In this document: positions 25,298 through 32,918 of the stretch, piece after piece | Numbering within the stretch: position 1 is the first letter of the stretch | How the letters are laid out: each line of letters starts with the position of its first letter | Source of the DNA: Patescibacteria group bacterium | GTDB taxonomy: Bacteria; Patescibacteriota; Minisyncoccia; Phycocordibacterales; UBA6065 | NCBI GenBank assembly: GCA_028866595.1 | Contig: JAGWHV010000001.1 | Coordinates: forward strand, 1 to 50,420 | DNA length: 50,420 bases | Direction: 5' to 3' | Made by a program: the position numbers and the translations under genes | Notes under the pieces: model-generated | Databases searched by the model: none | Told to the model about the DNA's origin: nothing | Seen by the model: only the letters and a program-made list of their open reading frames with translations

Positions 25298-25976
25298 CGA
25301 AGAGGAATTTTTACCAGCCACGATCACGGCGGCTTTGGCGCAGGATTATCCTGATTTCGAGATCATCGTCGTCGACAACGCTTCGATCGACCGGACATCG
25401 GAAGTCGCTCGCTCATTCGGCGGCGTGACTGTCGTCTATGAGCCGAACAAGGGCCTCCTCCATGCCCGCGAGCGCGGCAGAAGGGAAGCCTCGGGCGAAA
25501 TCATCGTCAACATGGATGCCGACTGTCTGCCCGAGCCAGATTGGCTCTCGCGCGGCGCCGCTCATCTCCATGATCCAGCCGTCGTCGCTGCCACGGGGCC
25601 GTATTACTATTATGACGGCGGCCGGATCTTTCGGGCTTTTTCTTTCTACTCGCAGAAATACGTCTATCGGGTGATGAATCGGATTATCCAGGCATTTAAT
25701 CTTGGCGCTGTTCTCATCGGTGGCAACAGTTTTATCCGAGCCGAGGCTTTGGAAAAGGCCGGTGGCTACAATACCGCTCTCCTTTTTTATGGAGAAGACA
25801 CGGACACCGCCCGCCGCGTCTCTCGGCACGGCCGCGTCATATTCGATCCGAACCTTTTCCAGAGCACCTCGGCACGGCGCATCAAAGCCGAAGGCGCTTT
25901 CACCATACCGATCCGTTACGTCTTCCATTTTTTTAAGGTACTCTATACGGGCAATCGACAAAAGAAAGCGCAATGA
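25263..25976 (+). CDS. Glycosyltransferase family 2
   Basis: VSIVIPAHNEE, VVDNASIDRT, DAD, GEDTD, TSARR. Confidence 0.92.
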   Translation: MEKVSIVIPAHNEEEFLPATITAALAQDYPDFEIIVVDNASIDRTSEVARSFGGVTVVYEPNKGLLHARERGRREASGEIIVNMDADCLPEPDWLSRGAAHLHDPAVVAATGPYYYYDGGRIFRAFSFYSQKYVYRVMNRIIQAFNLGAVLIGGNSFIRAEALEKAGGYNTALLFYGEDTDTARRVSRHGRVIFDPNLFQSTSARRIKAEGAFTIPIRYVFHFFKVLYTGNRQKKAQ

Positions 25977-26611
25977 AGGATATCCCCGCACTGTTCAAAG
26001 ATCGCACATTCCTGAAGCTCTTCCTCGGAGCGGTCGTTTTGCTCGCCGCCGCTCTGATCATCAATTTTTATGCCGGCACATACGCGACCAAAAGCGAGAG
26101 CAATTATGTCACCGACATCATTCTTTCCAACATTCCGGTATTCGACGTGGATGCTGTCTTCATCTATGGCGGCTACGCGCTCGTGGCGATCGTCCTCCTC
26201 GTCTGTTTCGCCATGCCCCGGCGCATGCCTTTCACGATAAAAGCCATCGCGCTTTTCTATGTCATCCGCTCGATATTCGTAACGCTCACTCACATCGCGC
26301 CGTTTCCGACGCATATCGTCGTCGACGCGAGCAGTCTCATACATCTTTTCGATTTCGACGGAGAATTGTTCTTTTCGGGGCACACCGGATTGCCTTTCCT
26401 CATGGCGCTCCTGTATTGGGACAACAAGTACCTCCGCGTCGGATTCATCGCCCTGTCTGTCTTCCTCGGCGCAGTCGTGCTCATGGGCCATGTTCACTAT
26501 TCCATCGACGTCTTCTCGGCTTTTTTCATAACGTATGCTATATATGGTATCGCCGAGCAGGTATTCAAGAAGGATAAAGAGTTCGGCAACGCGGCGACAT
26601 TGTTGCCGTGA
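25973..26611 (+). CDS. PAP2-superfamily membrane protein, sphingomyelin-synthase-like
   Basis: About six TM segments with FFSGHT and HVHYSIDV motifs. Confidence 0.8.
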   Translation: MKDIPALFKDRTFLKLFLGAVVLLAAALIINFYAGTYATKSESNYVTDIILSNIPVFDVDAVFIYGGYALVAIVLLVCFAMPRRMPFTIKAIALFYVIRSIFVTLTHIAPFPTHIVVDASSLIHLFDFDGELFFSGHTGLPFLMALLYWDNKYLRVGFIALSVFLGAVVLMGHVHYSIDVFSAFFITYAIYGIAEQVFKKDKEFGNAATLLP

Positions 26612-26631
26612 CGCGCTTCTGGCGCTATGAA

Positions 26632-26702
26632 GGGCCTATAGTATATCGGTAATACGCATCCATGGCATGGATGAGTGTCGGGTTCGACTCCCGATAGGTC
26701 CA
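26632..26702 (+). tRNA. tRNA-Ala (GGC)
   Basis: Acceptor GGGCCTA/TAGGTCC (G3:U70); anticodon arm CATCC-ATGGCAT-GGATG; T-loop TTCGACT. Confidence 0.93.
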
Positions 26703-26714
26703 CAAGGAGGACTT

Positions 26715-26788
26715 GCACCCTTAGCTCAGTCGGCTAGAGCGTTCCCTTCACACGGGAGAGGCCACACGTTCGAATCGTGTAGGGTGCA
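26715..26788 (+). tRNA. tRNA-Val (CAC)
   Basis: Acceptor GCACCCT/AGGGTGC; anticodon loop TTCACAC; T-loop TTCGAAT. Confidence 0.93.
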
Positions 26789-26796
26789 CACGGGAA

Positions 26797-26830
26797 GAGG
26801 CCGCGCGGCGCTCTGCGCCGCCGCGGCCTC
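26797..26830. repeat. GC-rich hairpin, copy 1 of core CGCGGCGCTCTGCGCCGC
   Basis: Palindrome between two tRNAs; the same 18-mer occurs at 27781-27798. Confidence 0.7.
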
Positions 26831-26841
26831 GGTCCCGAGAC

Positions 26842-26912
26842 GGGCCTATAGTCTAGTGGTACGACGCGTCATTCGCATTGACGAGGCGGGGGTTCGATTC
26901 CCCCTAGGTCCA
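26842..26912 (+). tRNA. tRNA-Ala (CGC)
   Basis: Acceptor GGGCCTA/TAGGTCC; anticodon arm CGTCA-TTCGCAT-TGACG; T-loop TTCGATT. Confidence 0.93.
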
Positions 26913-26981
26913 CATCAAGGATTGTGCACATATAGCGGTTTACAGGTATAGATCGGCGTTCTATACTCGTCTTGGCCCCTG

Positions 26982-27281
26982 ATGAAGAGATTACTACTTC
27001 TCGCCGCGATCTTCACGGCACCCCTTGCACTTTTTGTCCGAGGACGCGTTCCCGAAAAGGTTCGCACGTCCCGGCTCATACCGGACGGCGCCAAGTCGTT
27101 TATCGCTCCGGCGCCGTGTCCCATCGCGGGCATGCTCTCCCTGGGAGACGAGCGTTCGTCGGAAACGTCCGACGGATCAGCGTCTTCTTGGACGGGCCGT
27201 CCGCCCCGCCAGCCTGCAAGCCGGCCTCTCTGGTCGCGCGAGCATTTTCCACAGGACTGCGCAGATCCGCCGGTCATATAA
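26982..27281 (+). CDS. Small hypothetical exported/anchored protein ending ...ADPPVI
   Basis: Signal-like N-terminus MKRLLLLAAIFTAPLALF; terminator starts at the stop codon. Confidence 0.55.
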   Translation: MKRLLLLAAIFTAPLALFVRGRVPEKVRTSRLIPDGAKSFIAPAPCPIAGMLSLGDERSSETSDGSASSWTGRPPRQPASRPLWSREHFPQDCADPPVI

Positions 27282-27306
27282 GCCCCGCGCCTTGCGCGGG
27301 TTTTTT
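27281..27306 (+). terminator. Intrinsic terminator
   Basis: CCCGCGC / GCGCGGG stem plus T6. Confidence 0.7.
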
Positions 27307-27343
27307 GTTCGACTATACTGGGACAAAATCCCGTCCTTGCCCC

Positions 27344-27766
27344 ATGAAAATCAAGACATGCGTCCTCGCCGCGATGGCCATCATCGCATCCGCCGCGCCG
27401 CTCTTCGGCCAGCCGTCGAAATCGTTTCCGCAATATGGCTCGCGCCAAATCGCGGATAATGAGAAGTCTATCCTCTCGCCGCAGACTGAACGCGAGCTCG
27501 ACCAGAGGCTTGCCCTTCCGCCGCCCGAGACGGAGACGCAAGCGATCTTCGATTTCGTCCGCGTGCGCGATGCGCTCAAGTTGAAGGTCGTCGGCCCATC
27601 CGGCGTGAGTTTCGTGTCGAGCGGCGACGAGTCTGTTGGGTTCAAGCACTCGTCGCTCGTCTATCGATATCAGCCGCACGAATTTCCCGATTCGTTCAGC
27701 GGCCTGATGATCCACGCTTTCATCCTCCCTTTGCGGAGAGTTTTCGAAGGCCGATCGCGATACTGA
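27344..27766 (+). CDS. Hypothetical secreted protein
   Basis: Signal peptide MKIKTCVLAAMAIIASAAPLFG; TATACT upstream; terminator downstream. Confidence 0.6.
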   Translation: MKIKTCVLAAMAIIASAAPLFGQPSKSFPQYGSRQIADNEKSILSPQTERELDQRLALPPPETETQAIFDFVRVRDALKLKVVGPSGVSFVSSGDESVGFKHSSLVYRYQPHEFPDSFSGLMIHAFILPLRRVFEGRSRY

Positions 27767-27776
27767 TTTGAAGACC

Positions 27777-27808
27777 GCCCCGCGGCGCTCTGCGCCGCGG
27801 GGCTTTTT
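27777..27808 (+). terminator. Intrinsic terminator; copy 2 of core CGCGGCGCTCTGCGCCGC
   Basis: 12-bp stem GCCCCGCGGCGC / GCGCCGCGGGGC plus T5. Confidence 0.75.
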
Positions 27809-27827
27809 CTTGTATACTTCTCATGTT

Positions 27828-29126
27828 TTGGCCCAAAAGAAAGGACAGGATAAAAAGACGGTCATTCTTGCGCTCTTCGGCGCGACGGGCGACCTCGCCT
27901 TGAAAAAGATATTCCCCGCGTTCGAGGCGCTCTACGGCGAAGGCGCCTTCGCCGCCGATTCGAGCGTCATAGGCGTGTCTCGCCGCGATTGGGACGACGA
28001 AGCTTTTCTCTCTTTTCTCAAAGAAAACAAAAACATCGATTCCGCGAGCTTCGCTGATCGGATCTCATACGCGAAAGTCGACATCGACGCCGACGTCGGA
28101 TACGAAGATTTCGCCGCGCGCATCGCTGCTCTCCAGAAGCGATCTCCGGGGGCGGAGACGCTCATATATCTGTCTCTCGCGCCTCAACATCACCCGAAAG
28201 CGATCTCGTCTCTTGCCCGGACGGGTGTCCTCAAACGCGGCAAAGCCGAGGCGAAGCTCCTCATCGAGAAGCCTTTCGGTACCGATCTCGGTACTGCCCG
28301 CGCTCTCGACCGTCAGATCGCCGGGACGATGGACGAAGATCGCGTCTATCGCGTTGACCATTATCTCGGCAAAGACACCATTCGTGCCATCATGGACCTC
28401 CATGAGAGCACTTCGGATTTTTCGCGTCTCCTCACCGCCGACGCCGTCGCTTCGATTCGCGTGCGGATGTTCGAGGAAAAGGGAATAGAAGGCCGCGGCG
28501 CAACGTACGACGGCGTCGGCGCTTTCCGTGACGTCGGAGAGAACCACATGCTCGAGATGCTCGCGGCGGCCGTCGCCGATCCTGGAGAGTCGTGGCAGGC
28601 GTCGCGGGCGCGGGCGATCGAGAGCCTCCAGCCGCCGGCCGAGACATGTGCTCTCCATCGCCGCGGCCAATACGCTGGCTATGGATCAGAAAAAGGCGTC
28701 CGGGCCGGCTCCGACATCGAGACCGCCTTTGAAGTCGTCACGACATTCCATTCAGGCAAGCTCAAAGGCGTCGAGATCATCCTCCAAGCCGGAAAGAAGA
28801 TGCCGGTATCCGAGACTTCGATCGAGGTCGTCTTCAAGGAGGTGTCTGGCTTGCCGAAAAAAATGACATTCAAGGTTCAGCCGGCGCAGGAGATCTCGAT
28901 AGAGAATTGCGATGCGAGCATCGACTCGTTCGAGATCCCGCGCACCAGAGATGCATACGGGAACGTAATCCTCGATGCAGTCGCGGGCGCGCGTCGGACA
29001 TTCGTCGGTTCGACAGAGATAGAGGCTCTTTGGAGCTATGCCGATCGCGTCGTCGCGTGCTGGCGCACCGTGCCGCTCGAGACATATAGCTCTGATGGCC
29101 TTGGCAAACCTTTTTTGGTAGAGTGA
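27828..29126 (+). CDS. zwf: Glucose-6-phosphate 1-dehydrogenase (compact, divergent)
   Basis: FGATGDLA, IEKPFG, YRVDHYLGK, GAFRDV..NHM. Start uncertain (TTG 27828). Confidence 0.88.
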   Translation: MAQKKGQDKKTVILALFGATGDLALKKIFPAFEALYGEGAFAADSSVIGVSRRDWDDEAFLSFLKENKNIDSASFADRISYAKVDIDADVGYEDFAARIAALQKRSPGAETLIYLSLAPQHHPKAISSLARTGVLKRGKAEAKLLIEKPFGTDLGTARALDRQIAGTMDEDRVYRVDHYLGKDTIRAIMDLHESTSDFSRLLTADAVASIRVRMFEEKGIEGRGATYDGVGAFRDVGENHMLEMLAAAVADPGESWQASRARAIESLQPPAETCALHRRGQYAGYGSEKGVRAGSDIETAFEVVTTFHSGKLKGVEIILQAGKKMPVSETSIEVVFKEVSGLPKKMTFKVQPAQEISIENCDASIDSFEIPRTRDAYGNVILDAVAGARRTFVGSTEIEALWSYADRVVACWRTVPLETYSSDGLGKPFLVE

Positions 29127-29132
29127 AAATCT

Positions 29133-29363
29133 ATGTTCAAACGATTCTTGATCAAGCAGGCGATGAAGTCGCAATTAAAGGATGTTCCCGCAGCAGAGCA
29201 GGAAGCACTGCTCGATCTCGTCGAGCGCAACCCGGTATTTTTCGAGACTTTAGCCAAGGAATTACAGGAAAGCTTGGCTTCAGGCAAAGACCAGCAGGCC
29301 ATCATGACGGAGCTCATGTCGAAGCATCGCGATGAATTGGTAAAGATAATGCAGAAACAATAA
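29133..29363 (+). CDS. Small helical hypothetical protein
   Basis: 76-aa ORF coupled (TAATG) to the next gene. Confidence 0.75.
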   Translation: MFKRFLIKQAMKSQLKDVPAAEQEALLDLVERNPVFFETLAKELQESLASGKDQQAIMTELMSKHRDELVKIMQKQ

Positions 29364-29953
29364 TGGCCCGATCGAGGAAAATATTCATATTCGTCGGCAA
29401 TCCCGATCATGACTCGCTCTCGGCGGCGCTCGCCGAGGCGTATGCCAGAGGCGCCAAGGAGGCCGGCCACGAGGTGCGCTTTACCCATATCGCCGATATG
29501 AAGTTCGACCCGATACTCCACAAAGGCTATAAAATCATCCAGCCGTACGAACCCGATATAAAGAAATTCCAAGAGGACGTGAAGTGGTGCGAGCATTTTG
29601 TCTCTGTTTTTCCGATCTGGTGGTCGGACATGCCAGCTCTCATGAAAGGCCTCGTCGACCGCGCCTGGATGCCAGGCTTCGCCTTCAATATGAGGAAAGG
29701 CCTGATCCCCGGCTGGTATCGCCGCCTCAAAGGCAGGAGCGCGCGCGTCATCGTCACCTCTGACTCTCACCCGATCCTTCTTTGGATCCTATTCGGCGGC
29801 AACATAAACAATTGGGTTCGCGGCGTCTTACGTTTCTCTGGATTCGCCCCCGTGCGCAAGACATGGTTCTCGGGCATGCGCGGCGGCCTTTCCGCCGAGC
29901 GCGCCCAGGCGCTCCTCGGCAAAGTCGAGCGCTTCGGCCGTGCCGCGAGATAA
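29363..29953 (+). CDS. Flavodoxin-like NAD(P)H-dependent (quinone) oxidoreductase
   Basis: GNPDHDSLS, FPIWWSDMPALMKGLVDR, LKGRSAR. Confidence 0.9.
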   Translation: MARSRKIFIFVGNPDHDSLSAALAEAYARGAKEAGHEVRFTHIADMKFDPILHKGYKIIQPYEPDIKKFQEDVKWCEHFVSVFPIWWSDMPALMKGLVDRAWMPGFAFNMRKGLIPGWYRRLKGRSARVIVTSDSHPILLWILFGGNINNWVRGVLRFSGFAPVRKTWFSGMRGGLSAERAQALLGKVERFGRAAR

Positions 29954-29973
29954 CAGCGAATAAAAACCGCTCC

Positions 29974-30258
29974 CTATGGGGAGTCGGCGGCGAGGATGCC
30001 GAGAGCCTTCTTGAGGGTCTCGTTATTATCGACGATTCTCTTGAAGAGAGGCCCGATCGAATCAGCCATCAGATGGCCGAGGACGCGGGTATCTACCTCC
30101 TCATACGTCTCGTTGTCGCGCGAAGCGACGAGCTCGACGCGAGGATTCTTTGCGAGCATGCCGCGGATGAATCCTTCGTCGGCTTCGTACACTTTCAAGC
30201 GGCAGCGGGTGAATGCGAAGACAAAATAGATCTCACGGCTGGGATGTTCGGTGTTCAT
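29974..30258 (-). CDS. Small hypothetical protein
   Basis: 94-aa ORF filling the gap; stop codon inside a terminator hairpin. Confidence 0.55.
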   Translation of the reverse strand: MNTEHPSREIYFVFAFTRCRLKVYEADEGFIRGMLAKNPRVELVASRDNETYEEVDTRVLGHLMADSIGPLFKRIVDNNETLKKALGILAADSP

Positions 30259-30316
30259 GGGCTCCTGGTGGATATATAACCACCTTTCTGCTATATTTCA
30301 AATCCTAACAACCGCT

Positions 30317-31414
30317 ATGGCACTTTCTATAGGCATCGTCGGGCTTCCAAACGTCGGCAAATCGACGCTTTTCAATGCGCTCACGAAGAAAAGCGTTCTC
30401 GTCGCCAATTATCCTTTCGCGACGATCGACCCGTCAGTCGGCGTCGTCGCCGTGCCCGACGAGCGTCTTTGGAAGCTTTCTGAGTTCTCCCACAGCGCAA
30501 AAACCGTCCCGGCCGCAGTCGAATTCGTCGATATCGCCGGCCTTGTCAAAGGCGCGGCCCAGGGCGAAGGCCTCGGCAATAAATTCCTTGCCAATATCCG
30601 CGAGACGGACGCGATAGCCGAAGTCGTCCGCATATTCGAGGACGACGACATCATCCACGTCGCCGGCGGCGTCGACCCTCTTCGCGACATCGAGGTCATA
30701 AATCTCGAGCTCATATTCGCCGATCTCGAGACGACGACGAAACGCATGATCAATCTCGGCAAGGAAGTCAAAGCCGGCAAAAAAGAGGCGGTGATCGAGA
30801 TGAAGCTCCTCGAGCGCCTCAAGGCCACCCTCGAGGCGGGCACGCTCGCTTCATCAGTCGCGGCGGACGAGTTCGAAGCGCCTTTTCTCAAACAGCTCCA
30901 TCTCCTCACGTCGAAAAAGATCCTCTATGTGCTCAACAAAAAGACCGGCGGCAAAAATCTCGACGAGATGAATGACGGTCGATTCGCGGCGCTCGTCGAT
31001 TTCATCGAGAAGAGCGGGGCAGGGCACGTCATCGTCGACGCCGGCATCGAACAAGATCTCAAAGATATGACAGATGCCGAGAAAACCGAGATGCGCGCCG
31101 GCCTCGGCGGCGCCGACAACGGCGTCGACAATCTCATCAAGAAAAGCTACGAGCTTCTCGGCCTTATTACTTATTTCACGACGGGCGAGGACGAGACGCG
31201 CGGCTGGACGATCAGACGCGGCTCTACCGCGCCTTTGGCCGGTACCGCTATCCACGGCGATTTCAAAGACAAGTTCATCCGGGCGGAGGTCATCGAGTGG
31301 GATACATTGCTCGCCGCCGGCTCATACGTCGCCGCTCGCGAACGCGGCCTCATCCGCACCGAAGGCAAAGACTACATCGTCAAGGACGGTGACGTGATAG
31401 AGTTTAAGGTGTAA
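30317..31414 (+). CDS. ychF: Redox-regulated ATPase YchF
   Basis: GIVGLPNVGKSTLFNAL, NYPFATIDP, DIAGLVKGA..GEGLGNKFL, EGKDYIVKDGD. Confidence 0.97.
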   Translation: MALSIGIVGLPNVGKSTLFNALTKKSVLVANYPFATIDPSVGVVAVPDERLWKLSEFSHSAKTVPAAVEFVDIAGLVKGAAQGEGLGNKFLANIRETDAIAEVVRIFEDDDIIHVAGGVDPLRDIEVINLELIFADLETTTKRMINLGKEVKAGKKEAVIEMKLLERLKATLEAGTLASSVAADEFEAPFLKQLHLLTSKKILYVLNKKTGGKNLDEMNDGRFAALVDFIEKSGAGHVIVDAGIEQDLKDMTDAEKTEMRAGLGGADNGVDNLIKKSYELLGLITYFTTGEDETRGWTIRRGSTAPLAGTAIHGDFKDKFIRAEVIEWDTLLAAGSYVAARERGLIRTEGKDYIVKDGDVIEFKV

Positions 31415-31431
31415 TTTAAGTTTTGACGATA

Positions 31432-31890
31432 ATGTTGCTCGTAAAAACCAAGATCAAAGAGAGCGATATCCACGGCATCGGATTGTTCGCGGACGAATTC
31501 ATTCCAAGGGGGACTGAGATCTGGAGATTCACTCCGGGTTTTGATCAGAGGCTCACGAGAGAGCAGATTCTGAGCTTTCCCGATCTGCTTCAAGTCTATA
31601 TCTACAAATATTGCTGGAGAAGCAAAAAGAGCAAATTATATTGTTTCTCCGCTGACAACGGAAAATACTTTAATCATTCGAAAAACCCTAATGTTTTGTC
31701 GGAGTACCGAGACGGCGAAGAAGAAGTGGTCATGATAGCGATGAGAGACATCGAGATTGGAGAAGAGATTCTAGACAACTACAATTCTTTTGAGGACGAG
31801 AGGAGCGAGAACGACGTCTTGGATGAAATTGCCGAGAAATTTCATCTTGAAGACGAACTCGACCCTCGTTTTAAAGAGGTGGTCTCATAG
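31432..31890 (+). CDS. SET-domain protein (putative lysine methyltransferase)
   Basis: IHGIGLFA, YFNHS..PN, AMRDIEIGEEILDNY. Confidence 0.88.
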   Translation: MLLVKTKIKESDIHGIGLFADEFIPRGTEIWRFTPGFDQRLTREQILSFPDLLQVYIYKYCWRSKKSKLYCFSADNGKYFNHSKNPNVLSEYRDGEEEVVMIAMRDIEIGEEILDNYNSFEDERSENDVLDEIAEKFHLEDELDPRFKEVVS

Positions 31891-32004
31891 CCCTAATACT
31901 CATAGAGATTTAGCCCTGTGCATAACCTCCTTGCGCAAAAATCTTGCCAAGTTGATATAATTGATGGGTAAAAGTCGCAGCATTATCAGCTAGAAAAATC
32001 ACCC

Positions 32005-32238
32005 ATGAAAGCAACTCATGCTATAGCATTCGTCCTCGTGATCATCGGCGCTCTTAACTGGGGCCTGACCGCGTTCGGATGGAATGTTGTGCACCTTATT
32101 CTCGGCAGCGTCAGCTGGCTTGAGAGTCTGGTCTACATCCTTGTTGGCCTTTCTGGTCTCTACCTCATCTTCACCCACAAGAGGGATTGCAAGATGTGCG
32201 AGTCCAAGGCTCCACAGGCTTCCCAGGCGACTATGTAG
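32005..32238 (+). CDS. DUF378-like small membrane protein
   Basis: LVIIGALNWGL...VYILVGLSGLY. Confidence 0.85.
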   Translation: MKATHAIAFVLVIIGALNWGLTAFGWNVVHLILGSVSWLESLVYILVGLSGLYLIFTHKRDCKMCESKAPQASQATM

Positions 32239-32268
32239 TCGTCGGCGACTTGCCCAGCATATGGTATG

Positions 32269-32296
32269 AAAAAGCCGGCCCACAGGCCGGCTTTTT
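32269..32296. terminator. Bidirectional intrinsic terminator
   Basis: AAAAAGCCGGCC / GGCCGGCTTTTT. Confidence 0.8.
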
Positions 32297-32342
32297 CGTG
32301 GTATATTCAATCATTATCCGATCAGCTTCTAGCTAAAACCCC

Positions 32343-32918
32343 ATGGATCAGAACGGACAAAGCGCACGCCAGCCTCGTTTTCTCAAATGGTCGCTCGTAT
32401 TCGCGATTGCTCTCGTCGCGAACCTTTTCGTTAATTACGCTCTTTCGCTCGCGTACAAAGCGCCTGTCTGGAATGATTTCTGCCACGATCAGCAGATCGT
32501 GACGCCTCCGGCGACGGAAGCCGCCTGCGTCTCCGCAGGCGGCCAATGGACTGCCGTGGTCGCGCCGGCAGGGCAGGAGCCGCCGACTGTCAAAACCGCG
32601 AGCGGTTATTGCAATCCGAATTACACATGCCAACAAGCTCTCCAGAATGCCCAGGAGTCGTACGAGCGTAATGTCTTCATCATTCTCGTCATCGTCGGCG
32701 TCATCATGATCGCCCTTGGCTCGTTCGTGGGCGGCGGGGAAGTCGTCAAAACATCCCTTTCGTTCGCTGGCTCGCTCTCGCTCGTCGTCGCTTCTTTCCG
32801 GTACTGGTCGTCGGCTCAAGACTGGCTCAAGGTCGTCATCCTCGGCGTCGCTCTCGCCGCTCTCTTGTGGCTCGCCGTCAAAAAATTCGCCCGCACAGAT
32901 GAAAAAGTACGATCATAA
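32343..32918 (+). CDS. Hypothetical membrane protein with Cys-containing extracytoplasmic loop
   Basis: One N-terminal and three C-terminal TM segments; four Cys in the loop; overlaps the leuS start. Confidence 0.75.
   Translation: MDQNGQSARQPRFLKWSLVFAIALVANLFVNYALSLAYKAPVWNDFCHDQQIVTPPATEAACVSAGGQWTAVVAPAGQEPPTVKTASGYCNPNYTCQQALQNAQESYERNVFIILVIVGVIMIALGSFVGGGEVVKTSLSFAGSLSLVVASFRYWSSAQDWLKVVILGVALAALLWLAVKKFARTDEKVRS

Noticed and set aside
26972..27766. Single 264-aa protein
   Set aside because: A terminator at 27281-27306 and a signal peptide starting at 27344 show two separate genes in different frames.
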